This document shows, piece after piece, positions 51,371-62,715 of a stretch of 64,000 nucleotides of DNA. The first letter of the stretch is position 1, and every line of letters begins with the position of its first letter. Below the pieces are notes generated by a model. The model saw nothing but the letters and a program-made list of their open reading frames with translations. It was not told the DNA's origin and searched no databases. Source of the stretch: Lama glama (lineage: Eukaryota). The position numbers were made by a program, and so were the translations under genes. The stretch spans positions 39,806,001 through 39,870,000 of the forward strand of contig CM052818.1 of assembly GCA_028534125.1 (NCBI GenBank), written 5' to 3'.

Positions 51371-51839
51371 GTAGATTGACAAGTGTTGAAAATACTTCTA
51401 ACTTAAAATGAGGGCCGCTTGGCTGGTGAGGAGTAGGGTTTCTGTTCCTTTAATCAGGTATCAAAAAACATCTTCTAGAGTCTCATTTAGGGGTTATTGA
51501 TGGTGCCACTTGTAGTGTCATAAAAGCACCACTTAATCACTATGAGATGGGTAAACAGAGGCAGTTGGGGTGCACTCAGGGCACCCAGAGAAATAATTCT
51601 ACTGTTCTAGGTTTCTCAACTTATTTCTTCTAATAATTAGACATGTGAGCTTGCATGTTCTCACAACAGCTATATACTTAATCTCTTCAATGTTAAAATA
51701 AAATCAGAAAAGATATTTCAAAGCTTCCTTTTAGATAAAAGAATACATTAAGGAATTATTCCAAGACTGGCTTCAGAGTGTTACGTGGCAAGCTTTGCCA
51801 GTATCTGTTCCAAATCCTATCCAATGCCTGTAACTGTGA

Positions 51840-52326
51840 CTCTATTAGTTAGGTCTTTCTATGTAACCAACCACCCCAAAACTTAAAGCTTAAAGCAATA
51901 TCCATTAATCTGGCCAGAGACCCTGTGGGTTGGTGATCTGGGCTGGGCTCACTCATACGTATGCTGGATAATTCTGCTTTCAGGGGTTAACTGGCTGTTG
52001 GTTGTTGGGGTGCTGGGGGTATCTGGGCACACAGTTTCCCTTTTCCTACAGACTAGCCTGGGATTGTTCATATGGTGGTTGCAGGTCCCAAGAGACACAG
52101 TAGATGTGATCAAATCCCTTGAGGCTTGGACTTGGAATTGGCACACCATTATTTCCGTGGCATTGGTTATAATTGTTGCCAAGTCACAAGGCCAAGTAGA
52201 TTGATGGTGGAGGGGAAATAGCCTCTGTCCCTCTATGGGAGAAGTAGCAAAATCATAGTGCAAAGTCAAGGTAACATGGATTCAGAGATGAGGGGAGAAT
52301 TTTTACCGTTTTTGCCATCTGCTATA
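51840..52326 (-). mobile_element. MLT1 (F/G/H-type) solo LTR
   Basis: tattagtt...atgtaaccaaccaccccaaaactta...gggctgggctca...cttgaggctt...ggaattggcacac...aagtcacaaggcca. Confidence 0.85.
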
Positions 52327-52368
52327 GTGCCTAACTATTTTATTTAGAACACTATGTGTTCCATGAAC

Positions 52369-52716
52369 CAGTGATGTTAAGACTTTTAGATTTCATGAAC
52401 CAGTAAAAAATGATAATCTATAATAGTGTGGGGAGTACACCTAAATATTCAAAAATTGGTAATTTTTGATTGTAATAAGAACATTTAAAGGCAAATGCCA
52501 GTCATTTTTCACCCTCATTATTCTATATATATATGAAAAGCATGATTTACCACCAAGGAGTGTAGGAAGAATAAAAAATCTCAGATTAAATGGCAATCTT
52601 AGGCTGATATTCTACATGGCTGATTTATTATCCTGGTTCGTCTTACGTTTTTACTGTCTAATGAAAACTTCATCCAGAGTGGCAATACTCCACGTGGTGG
52701 GATTTAGAAATCACTG
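52369..52716. mobile_element. Possible hAT-Charlie MITE
   Basis: ends cagtgatgttaagac and tttagaaatcactg form short inverted termini; AT-rich interior; no clear 8-bp TSD. Confidence 0.35.
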
Positions 52717-53019
52717 CTCGAGAGAGTATTTTAGCTAATGGCAGGGTGGGAAACAGCTTCTCATTTATGGCTTTACATAGCCTTCAGTGTGAATCTGCAC
52801 TCCAGACACATCTCACACATAGGTGAGTCGGAGTGAAACAGTGAAATATTATCCCAGAGATCTGGCCCCATTGGGTCCCCTGTTTAATTTGTTAAAATAT
52901 CAAAGACTATGTGAATCTCTATTTTGTGGCATAACATCGAAGCTCAGTGGCCTGGCTCTGGCCTCACCTGGACTGCTGGTAGGAGGAACTGGCCCTCAGA
53001 GAACCTGGTTCTTACCTTG

Positions 53020-53210
53020 GCCCTGAAGTCACCAGCTGGGAATCCTCCACTAAACCATTCACTTGGTCAAACTTGAGTTTCTCATCTGTAAAATGTCATG
53101 GTAGTAACCTTTTCCATTGTATTTTTGTGAGTATTGATGAAATAACTTATGTGAAGTGCTTGACAACAGGGTCAGGCTCCTAGTAAGTGCTCAGTATTAG
53201 ACAGTTAATT
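53020..53210 (+). mobile_element. MIR SINE
   Basis: agtttctcatctgtaaaatg...tgtgagtattgatgaaataac...gtgaagtgctt...tagtaagtgctcagta. Confidence 0.8.
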
Positions 53211-54001
53211 ATTGGATGTTTGGTTCAGTATTTTTAAAAAATGTTGTTTTGCACACACCCCTTCTCACCACCGAGTTGCATGGGAAATGCCACAGACCTC
53301 ATTTTGTTTTAACTCTGGTTGAAATTAATAGGGAAAACATAGCAATAAAATCAGTATGAAGTTATAGCCACATTTCATGAAAATGAGAAAAAGTGGTTAT
53401 GATTGTATAACTTCTCACAGATATTTTTACAGAATTGTATAACTTTTCTCACAACATTCAACTGTATCAGTTCCTCCGTAATTTAATCCTGGTTCTCTGG
53501 GCAGCACTTAACCTGTCATGGCTGCTTCATCCTGGGATGAGTAGTTGCCTAAGGCTTGTCTGATGCCCTAGGAACTTTTGCGGAAATTAGTTTTTTTTTC
53601 TGCTACCAGCGTTTGTGACCGCTACCCCTGTTCCTTCCTCCAAAAACTAATGTATAAAGAACCACTTTTAACTTCTCAAAGAAAGACTCCAGTTCTCCTT
53701 GTTAGTACAACTGATCTTATTCTTACATTTTTCTCAGGAAAAAGAGACAAAGAAATGTAACAGAATAATGTGGTGACCTTGGTTGGTGTGAAGCCAGTCC
53801 TGCGGGGCAGGGGTAGGAAGTGGTTCCATTTAACCCCGCCTTTCATCTGTCCTTGAAGCTAAGGGGGAATTGCAGGTGATTTCATTTAATCTGTACTATT
53901 TTCTACTTTCTAAATTTAGTACAATCAGAATCCATTATTTTACAGTGAGAAAAGACTCAAGACAAGGAGATCTGTAGGTGATTTGTGTCTACAATGAGCT
54001 C

Positions 54002-54215
54002 TTTTTTTTTTTTTAATTGAAATATAGTCAGTTACAATGTGTCAATTTCTGGTATACAGCTTAATGTCCTAGTCATGCATATATATACATATATTTATTT
54101 TCATATTCTTTTTCATTAAAGGTTATTACAAGATACTGAAATATAGTTCCCTATGCTATACAGAAGAAATTTTTTTAAATCTATTTTTATATATAGTGGT
54201 TAATATTTACAAACC
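54002..54215 (-). mobile_element. Young L1 3' end with poly(A) tail (camelid-type L1)
   Basis: T13 then aattgaaatatagtcagttacaatgtgtcaatttctggtatacagc...ggttattacaagatactgaaatatagttccctatgctatacagaagaaat. Confidence 0.85.
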
Positions 54216-54535
54216 TATTCATAATTTTTATTAACGAGTCCCTTAGTAGCTGTTGTTAAGACAAGATTACATGCCGAAGTCCTTCTTGGTTGCACATTGG
54301 AGTTATAAAAATTTCAGTGTACTATGGAATTAACAAGGCTTTAAAACTAAGATGAGATGATTTTTCCACAAGTCTATGTATATGGTAGCCTGTCATCAAC
54401 TTTTTTTCCCACTGCTCTTCTTATCCAGTTGGCTTCCCCAGTCTAAATCTGAGTGGTTTCCATCTGAGAGGGAGAGAAGTAACAACACATGTCACTGTTG
54501 TCACTGCTGCGGATGATCATCGTGGGGCCTTATTT

Positions 54536-54583
54536 ACACTGGTGACTTAGCACAGCACCACACTGGTGACTTAGCACAGCACC
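54536..54583. repeat. Tandem duplication, 2 x 24 bp
   Basis: acactggtgacttagcacagcacc repeated perfectly. Confidence 0.97.
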
Positions 54584-55964
54584 TTCTTCTCCATGTTAAC
54601 TGGTGGGGCTGGTTTCCTCACCTCTGCAGTTGCCCTGCTTTCTGACTCCTGTGAAGTGCCAAATTAGTCCACCACTCAGAGAAGGCTTGCACAGCACTGG
54701 AGGAGTTCATTCCTTCTGTAGCTATCTTATTGTTTTCTTAGTGTCTTCCTAAAGATGTAATTCTTGCCAAAAAAAACAAACAAAAAAACCCTCAAACTTT
54801 ACTGAAGCTGAAGAAACCACCTCAGCAGCTTTCTTAATTCTGTCAACATTCATGACTCCTTCTCACTCCTTTATCCCTTCACCGTGAGCATCTGTGTGAG
54901 GGTGTACCGCACATATGCTATTTCCTTCTCATTTTCATTTGGGATCTGGTGTTCCAACTTGTTATTCAAAGTGATGGCTAATTTTTTTTTTTGTAGCCAC
55001 TATTCACCTGGAAAAATGAAGTAACAGTAGACCAATAGATAAACCTGAGAAAAACAAAGGGAAGGAGGATGTTACGAATAATGGTGATAAAATTAACTTT
55101 CCCATATTAAACTGTTAATTCCCTGGACTAATTTCACAAGCCTATGACGGGATGTGACATTTTACCTCTATTTCTACCCTTCTCCTTCTCTCTCTCTGTT
55201 GAATTACAGAATCATTTATGTCTGAACCTTATTTGGATTTTTAAACTTTGATTGGTAAGCATACATCGGTATCATTTTATTTTTTACTTTATTCAGAAAG
55301 TAAATACCTTTATGATGAGGTGGCATGCAAATCCTTTACCATACAGAAAACCAACCTTAAATACTATTCTCTTTGAAATGGAACTGACCTCCATGGATTA
55401 GAAGGGAGGCAATAAGAAAACAAAAATGCCTCCCTGAAACAGAACCCAGAATCTAAAACCAGTCATTCTTTTGAGGGTTGAAAATGTTTCCTTTCAAATT
55501 AAATTAAACTTGTGTTTCTACCATTATGGTTTTAGCAATGGAAACTTGATAAAGATGGCCATTTCTCTGTTTCCAGATGGTCCAGAGGACCTGGATCCTC
55601 CCCAAGCAAACTGCCCACGTTCTGAGTAGCAATCCTCTAATTAAATTAGCTTCATTTCCTCTAGTGACACAAGTGATGGTTTGTTCAGACTGAACCTACA
55701 CATCTCCTGAGGTTATACAGCACAACTCTGGATATATATTCTTCCCCCCACCCCAAGTCAAAGTGTTTATATCCGTGAGATAACTTACAACTTTCAAAAT
55801 ACATATCCAGAGTTGTGGGTAGAATTTGCCAGGAAGCAGAAACAAGGAAGACCTCTGTAGGTGGGACGACAGTCTGGCAAAGGTACAAGTTATGTCATGT
55901 GTCAGTTAAGAGATCTCAAGGCTGCACTGAGTGTTCATGTGGACAATGTGGACGAAGTTGGATG

Positions 55965-56545
55965 CGTGAAGCAGGCAGCTTCTAGCATGGCTCCCAGTGA
56001 TGCCCAGCTTCTGGTGTTAGTGCCCTGGTGCAGCTCCCTCCCCTTGAGGGTAGGCTGGACCTGGTGACTTGCTTTTAACCAGTAGAATATGGCAATTGTG
56101 ATGAGATGTCACAGTCATGATTAGGTTATAAAAGACCGTGGCCTCCTTTTCCCTGACCCTCTTTCCCTGGCTCTTCTTGCTCAGATGAGGCAGGCTGCCA
56201 TGTCATGACCTGCCCTATGGAAAGGACTGTATGTCTAGGAAACGAGGGTTGTCTCTAGTCAATAGCCAGTAAATAACTGAGTCTCTCATTGCAACAGGGC
56301 ACAAAACATCCCCAGCCCTGTCCCCCAGATTCTCAGACAAGCATGTAAATGAGCTTGGAAGCAGATCTTTCCCCAAGCAGACATTCAGATGGGACTGCAG
56401 CCTCAGCAGACACCTTGATTTAAGCCTGTGAGAAACTCTGGAACAGCAGACCCATGTGCACTGGGCCCAGATTTCTGACCCACAGGAACTGTGAGAGGAT
56501 AAGTGTGTACTGTTCTGGTACAACTTCTTATGCAGCAATGGATGT
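55965..56545 (+). mobile_element. MLT1E/F-type solo LTR
   Basis: atggctcccagtgatg...ccccttgagggtaggctggacctggtgacttgc...gactgcagcctcagcagacaccttgatt...gaactgtgag...ttatgcagcaatggat. Confidence 0.9.
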
Positions 56546-56963
56546 TGTGTTAGGGTCAGAGATCAGAGAAAAAATTACATATCTGTATCTAATCTATATC
56601 TATATCATCTAACTCTCTCTCTATATCTAGAGTATTCATGTGATTATAGAGGCTGGTGAGCCCCAAATCTTCAGTGTGGGCCAGTAGGCTGAAGACTCAA
56701 GAGAGTTGGTGGTGCAGTTTCAGGTGGAAGGCTGGTAGGTAGAGACCCAAAGAAACTAATGGGGCAGATGAAGTCTGAAGACTGTCTGCTGGGGAATTCC
56801 CTCTTGCTTGGGGAGGTTAGTCTGTCTGTTCTATTCAGTCCTTCAGCTGATTGGATAAGGCCCACCCACACCATGGAGGACAATCTTCTTACTCCAAGTT
56901 CACTGACTTAAATGGCAATCTCATCTGAAAACACTGTAAGTTGACATAAAATTAACCATCACA
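56546..56963 (-). mobile_element. MLT2 (ERV-L) solo LTR with 5-bp TSD
   Basis: tgtgttaggg...ctgattggataaggcccacccacac...aagttgacataaaattaaccatcaca; GATGT at 56541-56545 and 56964-56968. Confidence 0.92.
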
Positions 56964-57981
56964 GATGTGAAGGCACATTTTAAAGATGCCTTTCAGAAAA
57001 ATTGGCATCAACATTCTGGGCAGGAGAGAGTGCGTTTCAGCTCTTCAGCAGGCTGTAGTATGAAAGAAGTAGCATTTGGGGAAAGTCTGACACTGTTGGG
57101 TGAAGGCTCTGACCCCGGCATCTGATGAGCTATGGTCCTAAGGCTACTCTAAGAGTCTCCCCAGCCTTGTTGGACACTCTCTGAGGAGTGACAAGATTCA
57201 GGTCACTCATTTTTCTCTCAGTTATAAATTTAGTTAGGTCTTAGCTCTCAGGCCATGGTAGAAATTTTGAGAACTTGGGAACAGATAATTACATTTTAAC
57301 CAATTTGTTAGAGTGCAAATACCCATGTGGTGCCCACTAGGTTACAAAAGAACACAATACCAGCATCCCTGAAATCCCTGTGTGGCCCCACCAGATCATA
57401 ACTCTCTATCCTCCATCAATTTTTATTATATATTCCATAATCAAAGAAGTTTGGAAAACATTAATTAAACTTATGACTACCAGTGGAACATAGAGTGTAT
57501 ACTGATTGCTCAAGGTATATTAAGATTTTCCTTCTCAACTAGATTAAAATTCTCTTAAGGACAAAGGTCTTGTCTTATGCTCCTCTTGGAGACTCGTAGC
57601 TTTATGCTTTAAGCATAGATGCCATGATGGTAGCCACCTCTGGCAGTTTAAGTCAGTGACAGGAGCAGTCTCAAAACTCAGATGGAATTTGTCAGGAGGT
57701 CGGATGTTTGGATGAGAAAACATATGTCTGATTGGGCCCAAACATTCCTCATGGCCTTTTAGTCTTTAGGGAAAAAAATTGTCTATCAGTAAAGAAAAAG
57801 CTGAGAATAGCCAGTCTAGGCTCTATCTTGTATAGACAGAGTTGGAATAATTGGGACCCTGAGTCTTTCATAACTGTTTAAAAATAACAGCTGTTTTTCC
57901 ATGCTAAAAAGTTCAGCACCTAGGTTGATGGCTGCATTATGAGAGTTAATAGGCATCAATACCAGACTTTACTTTAATTAG

Positions 57982-57982
57982 C

Positions 57983-58028
<46 letters not shown>

Positions 58029-58040
58029 TAGAGAGAGAGA
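57982..58040. repeat. (TG)n(AG)n compound microsatellite
   Basis: direct runs. Confidence 0.95.
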
Positions 58041-59714
58041 TTCAAATATCAGGGGCAGTTCTGAAGGTCACATAAGTGCAGTTGAAGCCCACTGTCCTGC
58101 CTGCCTGCAGCATTTTACCGGGTGATGAAACATCTAGGCTCCATAAAAAATATATTCTGAATTTTTTCTATAAATTTTAAGTGTTTGTTTCATTGTGGTC
58201 TGCTGGCACTGGGATTGGGTCTGTCAAGGGTGTAATAAAAATGGACATAATGCTTTGAAGTGCCAAGAAAAACAAAAACTAAACAGAAGCTTGAGCAGGC
58301 TAAAATATGCAAACGAGCCAAGGGACCTTATCCCAGCCGCAGGGTCGGGGGGCTGGGGGTGCATGGGAAAGGGGGAGCGGAGTAAGTTGCAGGATTGCAG
58401 TATGCGTGGATCGCAGTATGCGTGGTGGGAACACTCGCACATCAGGCAGTGGGGCTTTTGATGCACGTGTCCAGCTGCAGGTTTCGTGGAGATTGATGTG
58501 CTTTGATGGCCACTCCTACCTTGAAGTTTCCAAGAGGAGTCAGATTCTGATGCTAAGTTGCCTCAAAACAGATGGGCAAGGCTTTTCCATGGAGAGAGAG
58601 CACCAAGGTGAAATGCCACATGTCAGGAGAAGGTATTTCAAACTTAATTCACAACAGGCAGAAACAATGTAGAAGAGTAAACTGGCCTGCAGAAATTTCT
58701 GGTGTGAACATTGAGAAGGAACCCGAAGCCCTTTCCTTGGAAAGACTGCCCTTTCCAGCTCCTCTCCCTGGTTTCCGGAGTTCACCTGTTGTGAAACGCT
58801 AGCATTTATTGTGGGAAAAGGACACCAAATAATATGTTTTCACCCCCTGAAAAAAAATCTCTGTTTTCATGAATTCAGCGTGAGACCAAATATGTCATCA
58901 CTTTTCCTCAGTGCTGCAGAAGGGGGAATTCTTTCAGCTGTCTTTATTGGAACGGAGCATGTTTTCACACTACTTTATGTCAATGTCTCCCATTTTAAGC
59001 TTTTGTTTTTATTGGACACTTTGGATTTTTTCAGCCCAAATTGTACATATCCAAAACCCATTAGATTGTAGGCCAGACGACTGGGCCAGGGAATAGCTAC
59101 TTCTTCCCAGATTTGTGTCACAACTGATTGAAGTAGAGATCCAGACGCTCCACCTGCATCGTCTCCAGTCTTCACTCCCGGAAACTCTGCTCTTTCCCAC
59201 GATGGTGACTGTTGGTTATGACAATCGGATCATTTTGACTAAGTCTTGTATTTGTGTTATTTAGAACTTTAAAAAGACTGTATTCCACTGAACCCTGAAT
59301 GTGTGTGCATTACCACCACTGAGGCTGCAAACCTGTCCTGTGGACTGCCATCAGGAGGAGGGAATGGTAGGGTTCATAGGTGCTGTGGGCGGAGAAGTTG
59401 CAACACAGATGGAAAGCATGAGAAGTACCTTACTATGAATGGCTAAGAAGAAACAATGTCTAAATACCACTGGGACAAATGATTAACTGACAAAGTCCAA
59501 AATGGAAACAACAACAAAGTTTCAGATTTACACTAGACACTAAATTGATTACAGATATATTCATAAATCAAATGTAACACATAACACCATAGAGGTCTTC
59601 CCTACCATGGGATTTACAGTTCCGAAGTATTATTCACAATTTTGAATTCATAAGCATTATTTTACACTTGCTAAGGGCAAGTGTGATCCAATAAAAAGAA
59701 CCCCTGTTTTAGCT

Positions 59715-59922
59715 GCAGAAAATATGGATTTTAATCTAATTTTATTCTTTGCTGTGTGACTTTGGGTAAGTGACTTAACTTCTCTGTATTTAATTTTCCT
59801 CAGAGTGAAATGGAGATAACGACAGTTATAGTCATTAATATAATGGGTAAATGATACAAAATGTGAGAAAGCATTTAGCACTGTACCAGGCACATAGAAG
59901 GTACTTAATAAATAATTATTAT
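59715..59922 (+). mobile_element. MIR SINE
   Basis: gctgtgtgactttgggtaagtgacttaacttctctg...ttcctcagagtgaaatggagataa...aaagcatttagcactgtaccaggcacatag. Confidence 0.9.
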
Positions 59923-61949
59923 AGGAAGGGACAAGAACATGAACTTGGCATTTCTGTGTGAGGTATATATGTGCTATGTACACACAGATGGTTAAAGAAC
60001 AGATTTGAAAGAGACATATTAGGGTTGAGAATGTAAGCACAATGATGCCTGAAGGGACACAAGGCGTTTGGCTTCTCAGAAGGCTGTAGTCTTCAAGGAT
60101 GGAGAAGACCACTGCCCTAGGTCCTCTTGTCCTTATGCGCGGTTCTTCCACCCTAGTCCCCATTGTGATGAACAGATGAATCACCAGCTCACTGCATAGC
60201 AGTCTTCCCAAGCCAACACACATCTGAGTTCAAGCAAAAAGACTTTTCAAAGAGTTGGAATCAGTTGTTTTGAAAGCATTCTCGTGGAAATCTCTGGCCT
60301 TAGGCAGAGGGAGAGTAGAAAGGTGGTGTGGATCTGATGGTCAGCCGCAGTACCTCCTCTTTGCCTCCCATTAGCCACATTCCTAACCCGCCATGGACAG
60401 CACAGTGCCAGGACCACCTTCGTCATGTAGGACTGAGGCCCAGGGGGTCGGACGGGAGTAGCGCCCACTGTGCAGCGCACTGTGAGCTGAGGCCAGTGTT
60501 GAAGAGCAGGGCTCTGCTCACGTAGACCTTCTTCCTGTCAGCGAGTGCTTCTTTTCTCGGTTCTGCCCGACCCACTTTTCCATCTGGGGGGGGCTTCATA
60601 TTTATCCTTTTGCCTTGGGCCCCTGGAGTTTATTCCACAGATATTTATTGAGCACCTTCTGTGTGCAAGACCCATGGTTATAAGTGAGGAAAATCCATCC
60701 ACGGCTCACTTCTGGCTCCAATACTCACATACGCTGCTCCTTCGGCCGACCGTTTTGCCACTGCCTCTCAAAAAGATTAGATTTACTCACCTTTATTCCA
60801 CAGCCGGCTCGTGGCCGGCTCTGCTCCCAGCAGGGCCGGTGGTGAAGAGGAGGCACAGAGCTGGACTCAGCCCCCTCCTCAGGAGGACGGAGTCGCCGGC
60901 AGGTGTCCAGTCCCTTTCTGAGCCAGCTCCACGGAAACGTGTTGTTCCACGGGGTAGAGGAAGGACAGAGGGACTACAAAGGAGGAAGCTGGGGAAAGAA
61001 AAACAAGAAAGGCAAAGTCATGGCCAGAAAAAGGATGCTGGCCGCTATTTCAGACGTGTAAACGAGACCAGGAGTGGAGGAGCTGGCAACGAGCTCAGGA
61101 GTTCGAAGGCAAGAATGAAATGAGCTAGAAATCCCTTTTGTGTCATGTTTGATGTATGTTCCAAGGGGATGTTAGGTGGCTGAACGGGGAACATAATAAA
61201 TTTTACTTGTAAAATGTTAAATAACCTCATTTTTAAGACAGTCATAGATAAATCATCCGGAAGTCATATTTTTATACTTATAATTACTGTATGACTTATA
61301 CAGACCAAAATTCTTATAGAAATTTTAGAAAGATTCCTCATTGTTCCAGGGTTGAAGGAGGGCTTTCCGGGAAAGGTTAAATTTGAACTTGATCTTGAAA
61401 GAGAAGTGAGACTTGGAGAATTAGAGAGGAAAGCTGACTGCAAGGTGCTTTATTCTACCCTCGGGCAAACCCCTCGCGGCCTTGTTTTCCCAAACGCTGC
61501 AGCACTTGAGTTTCCATTGACAGGTGCTCAGCAGAGAAACCTCCAGGGCAGGGACCAAGTCTGTCTCCCCATCCTCTGGCCCCTGCCTGAACCTAGCCTG
61601 TATCCACCCACAATCCCCTCAGCGCATCAGGCCCCTCTTTACTCACCTCTCCTTGAAGCTTCTTTTTATCAGCACCATGGAGACAACCACTAAGCACCTT
61701 CTGGAGCCCAGGGGTCTGCATTTTTCATCACTCCTGTGCCTCCAGTTCTTTTGCAGCAGGTGATACCTAAATCCTTTCTGAGATCCCAGATCTTTCTCCG
61801 GCAGCCCAAACACACACCTTATGCTCTCTGTGGACTTTATCCTCCCAAGTAGCCTGTCAAATTATAAACCTCATCTAATAAGCCTCTTCCCTCCTCAGCC
61901 CACAGTTCCTAATCTTCCTCTCAAAAAGCACAGATGCAACTTAGTCCAC

Positions 61950-62225
61950 AGGCTTTTATTGAGCACTGACTGTTTGCCCAGACCTGCACTGGGTCTGCAC
62001 CATAGATCTACAGGTGCTCAGATGTGAAAGTCACGTGTCTGCATTTGACCTTGACCACAGCACCTGGAGGCCGATAGGCAAGGCGGGTGTTATGACATTT
62101 ACAAAAGGGAGGAGTGAGCTGCAGGAAGGTTTAGTGACTTGTACGATTCACACGACTCACGTGGCGAAGGTGGGACAGAACACCGGGTCTTCTGACTCAC
62201 GATTCTGTACTCCTTCTCCACTGGG
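61950..62225 (-). mobile_element. MIR SINE
   Basis: ttattgagcactgactgtttgccca...catttacaaaagggaggagtgagct...tagtgacttg...gggtcttctgactc. Confidence 0.7.
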
Positions 62226-62269
62226 CGATACCACCACTGTGCCTCCTAAAAACAAACCTGACTTTTGTG

Positions 62270-62380
62270 ATAGAACCTGCTATCATGCTTCTATTTCAGA
62301 TGAACTGAGGGCGGGAAAACTTGGATAAACTTACTCAAAGTTCATTGAGTAAGTGGTGGAGGTGGGACTTGAACTCAGGA
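62270..62380 (-). mobile_element. MIR SINE fragment
   Basis: atttcagatgaactgagg...aacttactcaaagttca...agtaagtggtggaggtgggacttgaactcagg. Confidence 0.7.
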
Positions 62381-62484
62381 CAGAATATGTGCAAAAGCCA
62401 TGCTGATAACCATCATGTAATCCAGATTACATGATGTGTAAAGGAAAGGAATTGTTCCATATGACTTTGAGGCAGAACTGACAC

Positions 62485-62715
62485 CCGTCAGTGGAAGATA
62501 GAGGGTCTTGTGCTCTGTCGCAATGGAAGGAGGAACTTTGTCACAGAGGAGTGTTGAGTAAGGAAATGACTGACTCTGTAAAACAGGGAGCACCCCATTA
62601 CCGGGGGTGCCTAGGTTGTTGGACGTGCTGCAGAGTAGCATCCTGCATTGAGTAGAAAGTTGGGGTAGGTGGTTCCTGAGGATTCTTCTAGTCTTGGACT
62701 TCTAAACGTCCATGA
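62485..62715 (+). mobile_element. CR1/L3 LINE 3' end
   Basis: gaggaactttgtcacag...gagcaccccattaccgggggtg...aagttggggtaggtggttcctgaggattcttctagtc...ccatga resembles the CR1/L3 tail. Confidence 0.6.

Noticed and set aside
59657..60223. 188-aa - strand ORF
   Set aside because: C-terminal half is a translated MIR (YLLSTFYVPGTVL...EVKSLTQSHTA); no recognisable homology
60545..61123. 192-aa + strand ORF
   Set aside because: Non-ATG start, N-terminus derived from an L2 tail (FIPQIFIEHLLCAR), no recognisable domain
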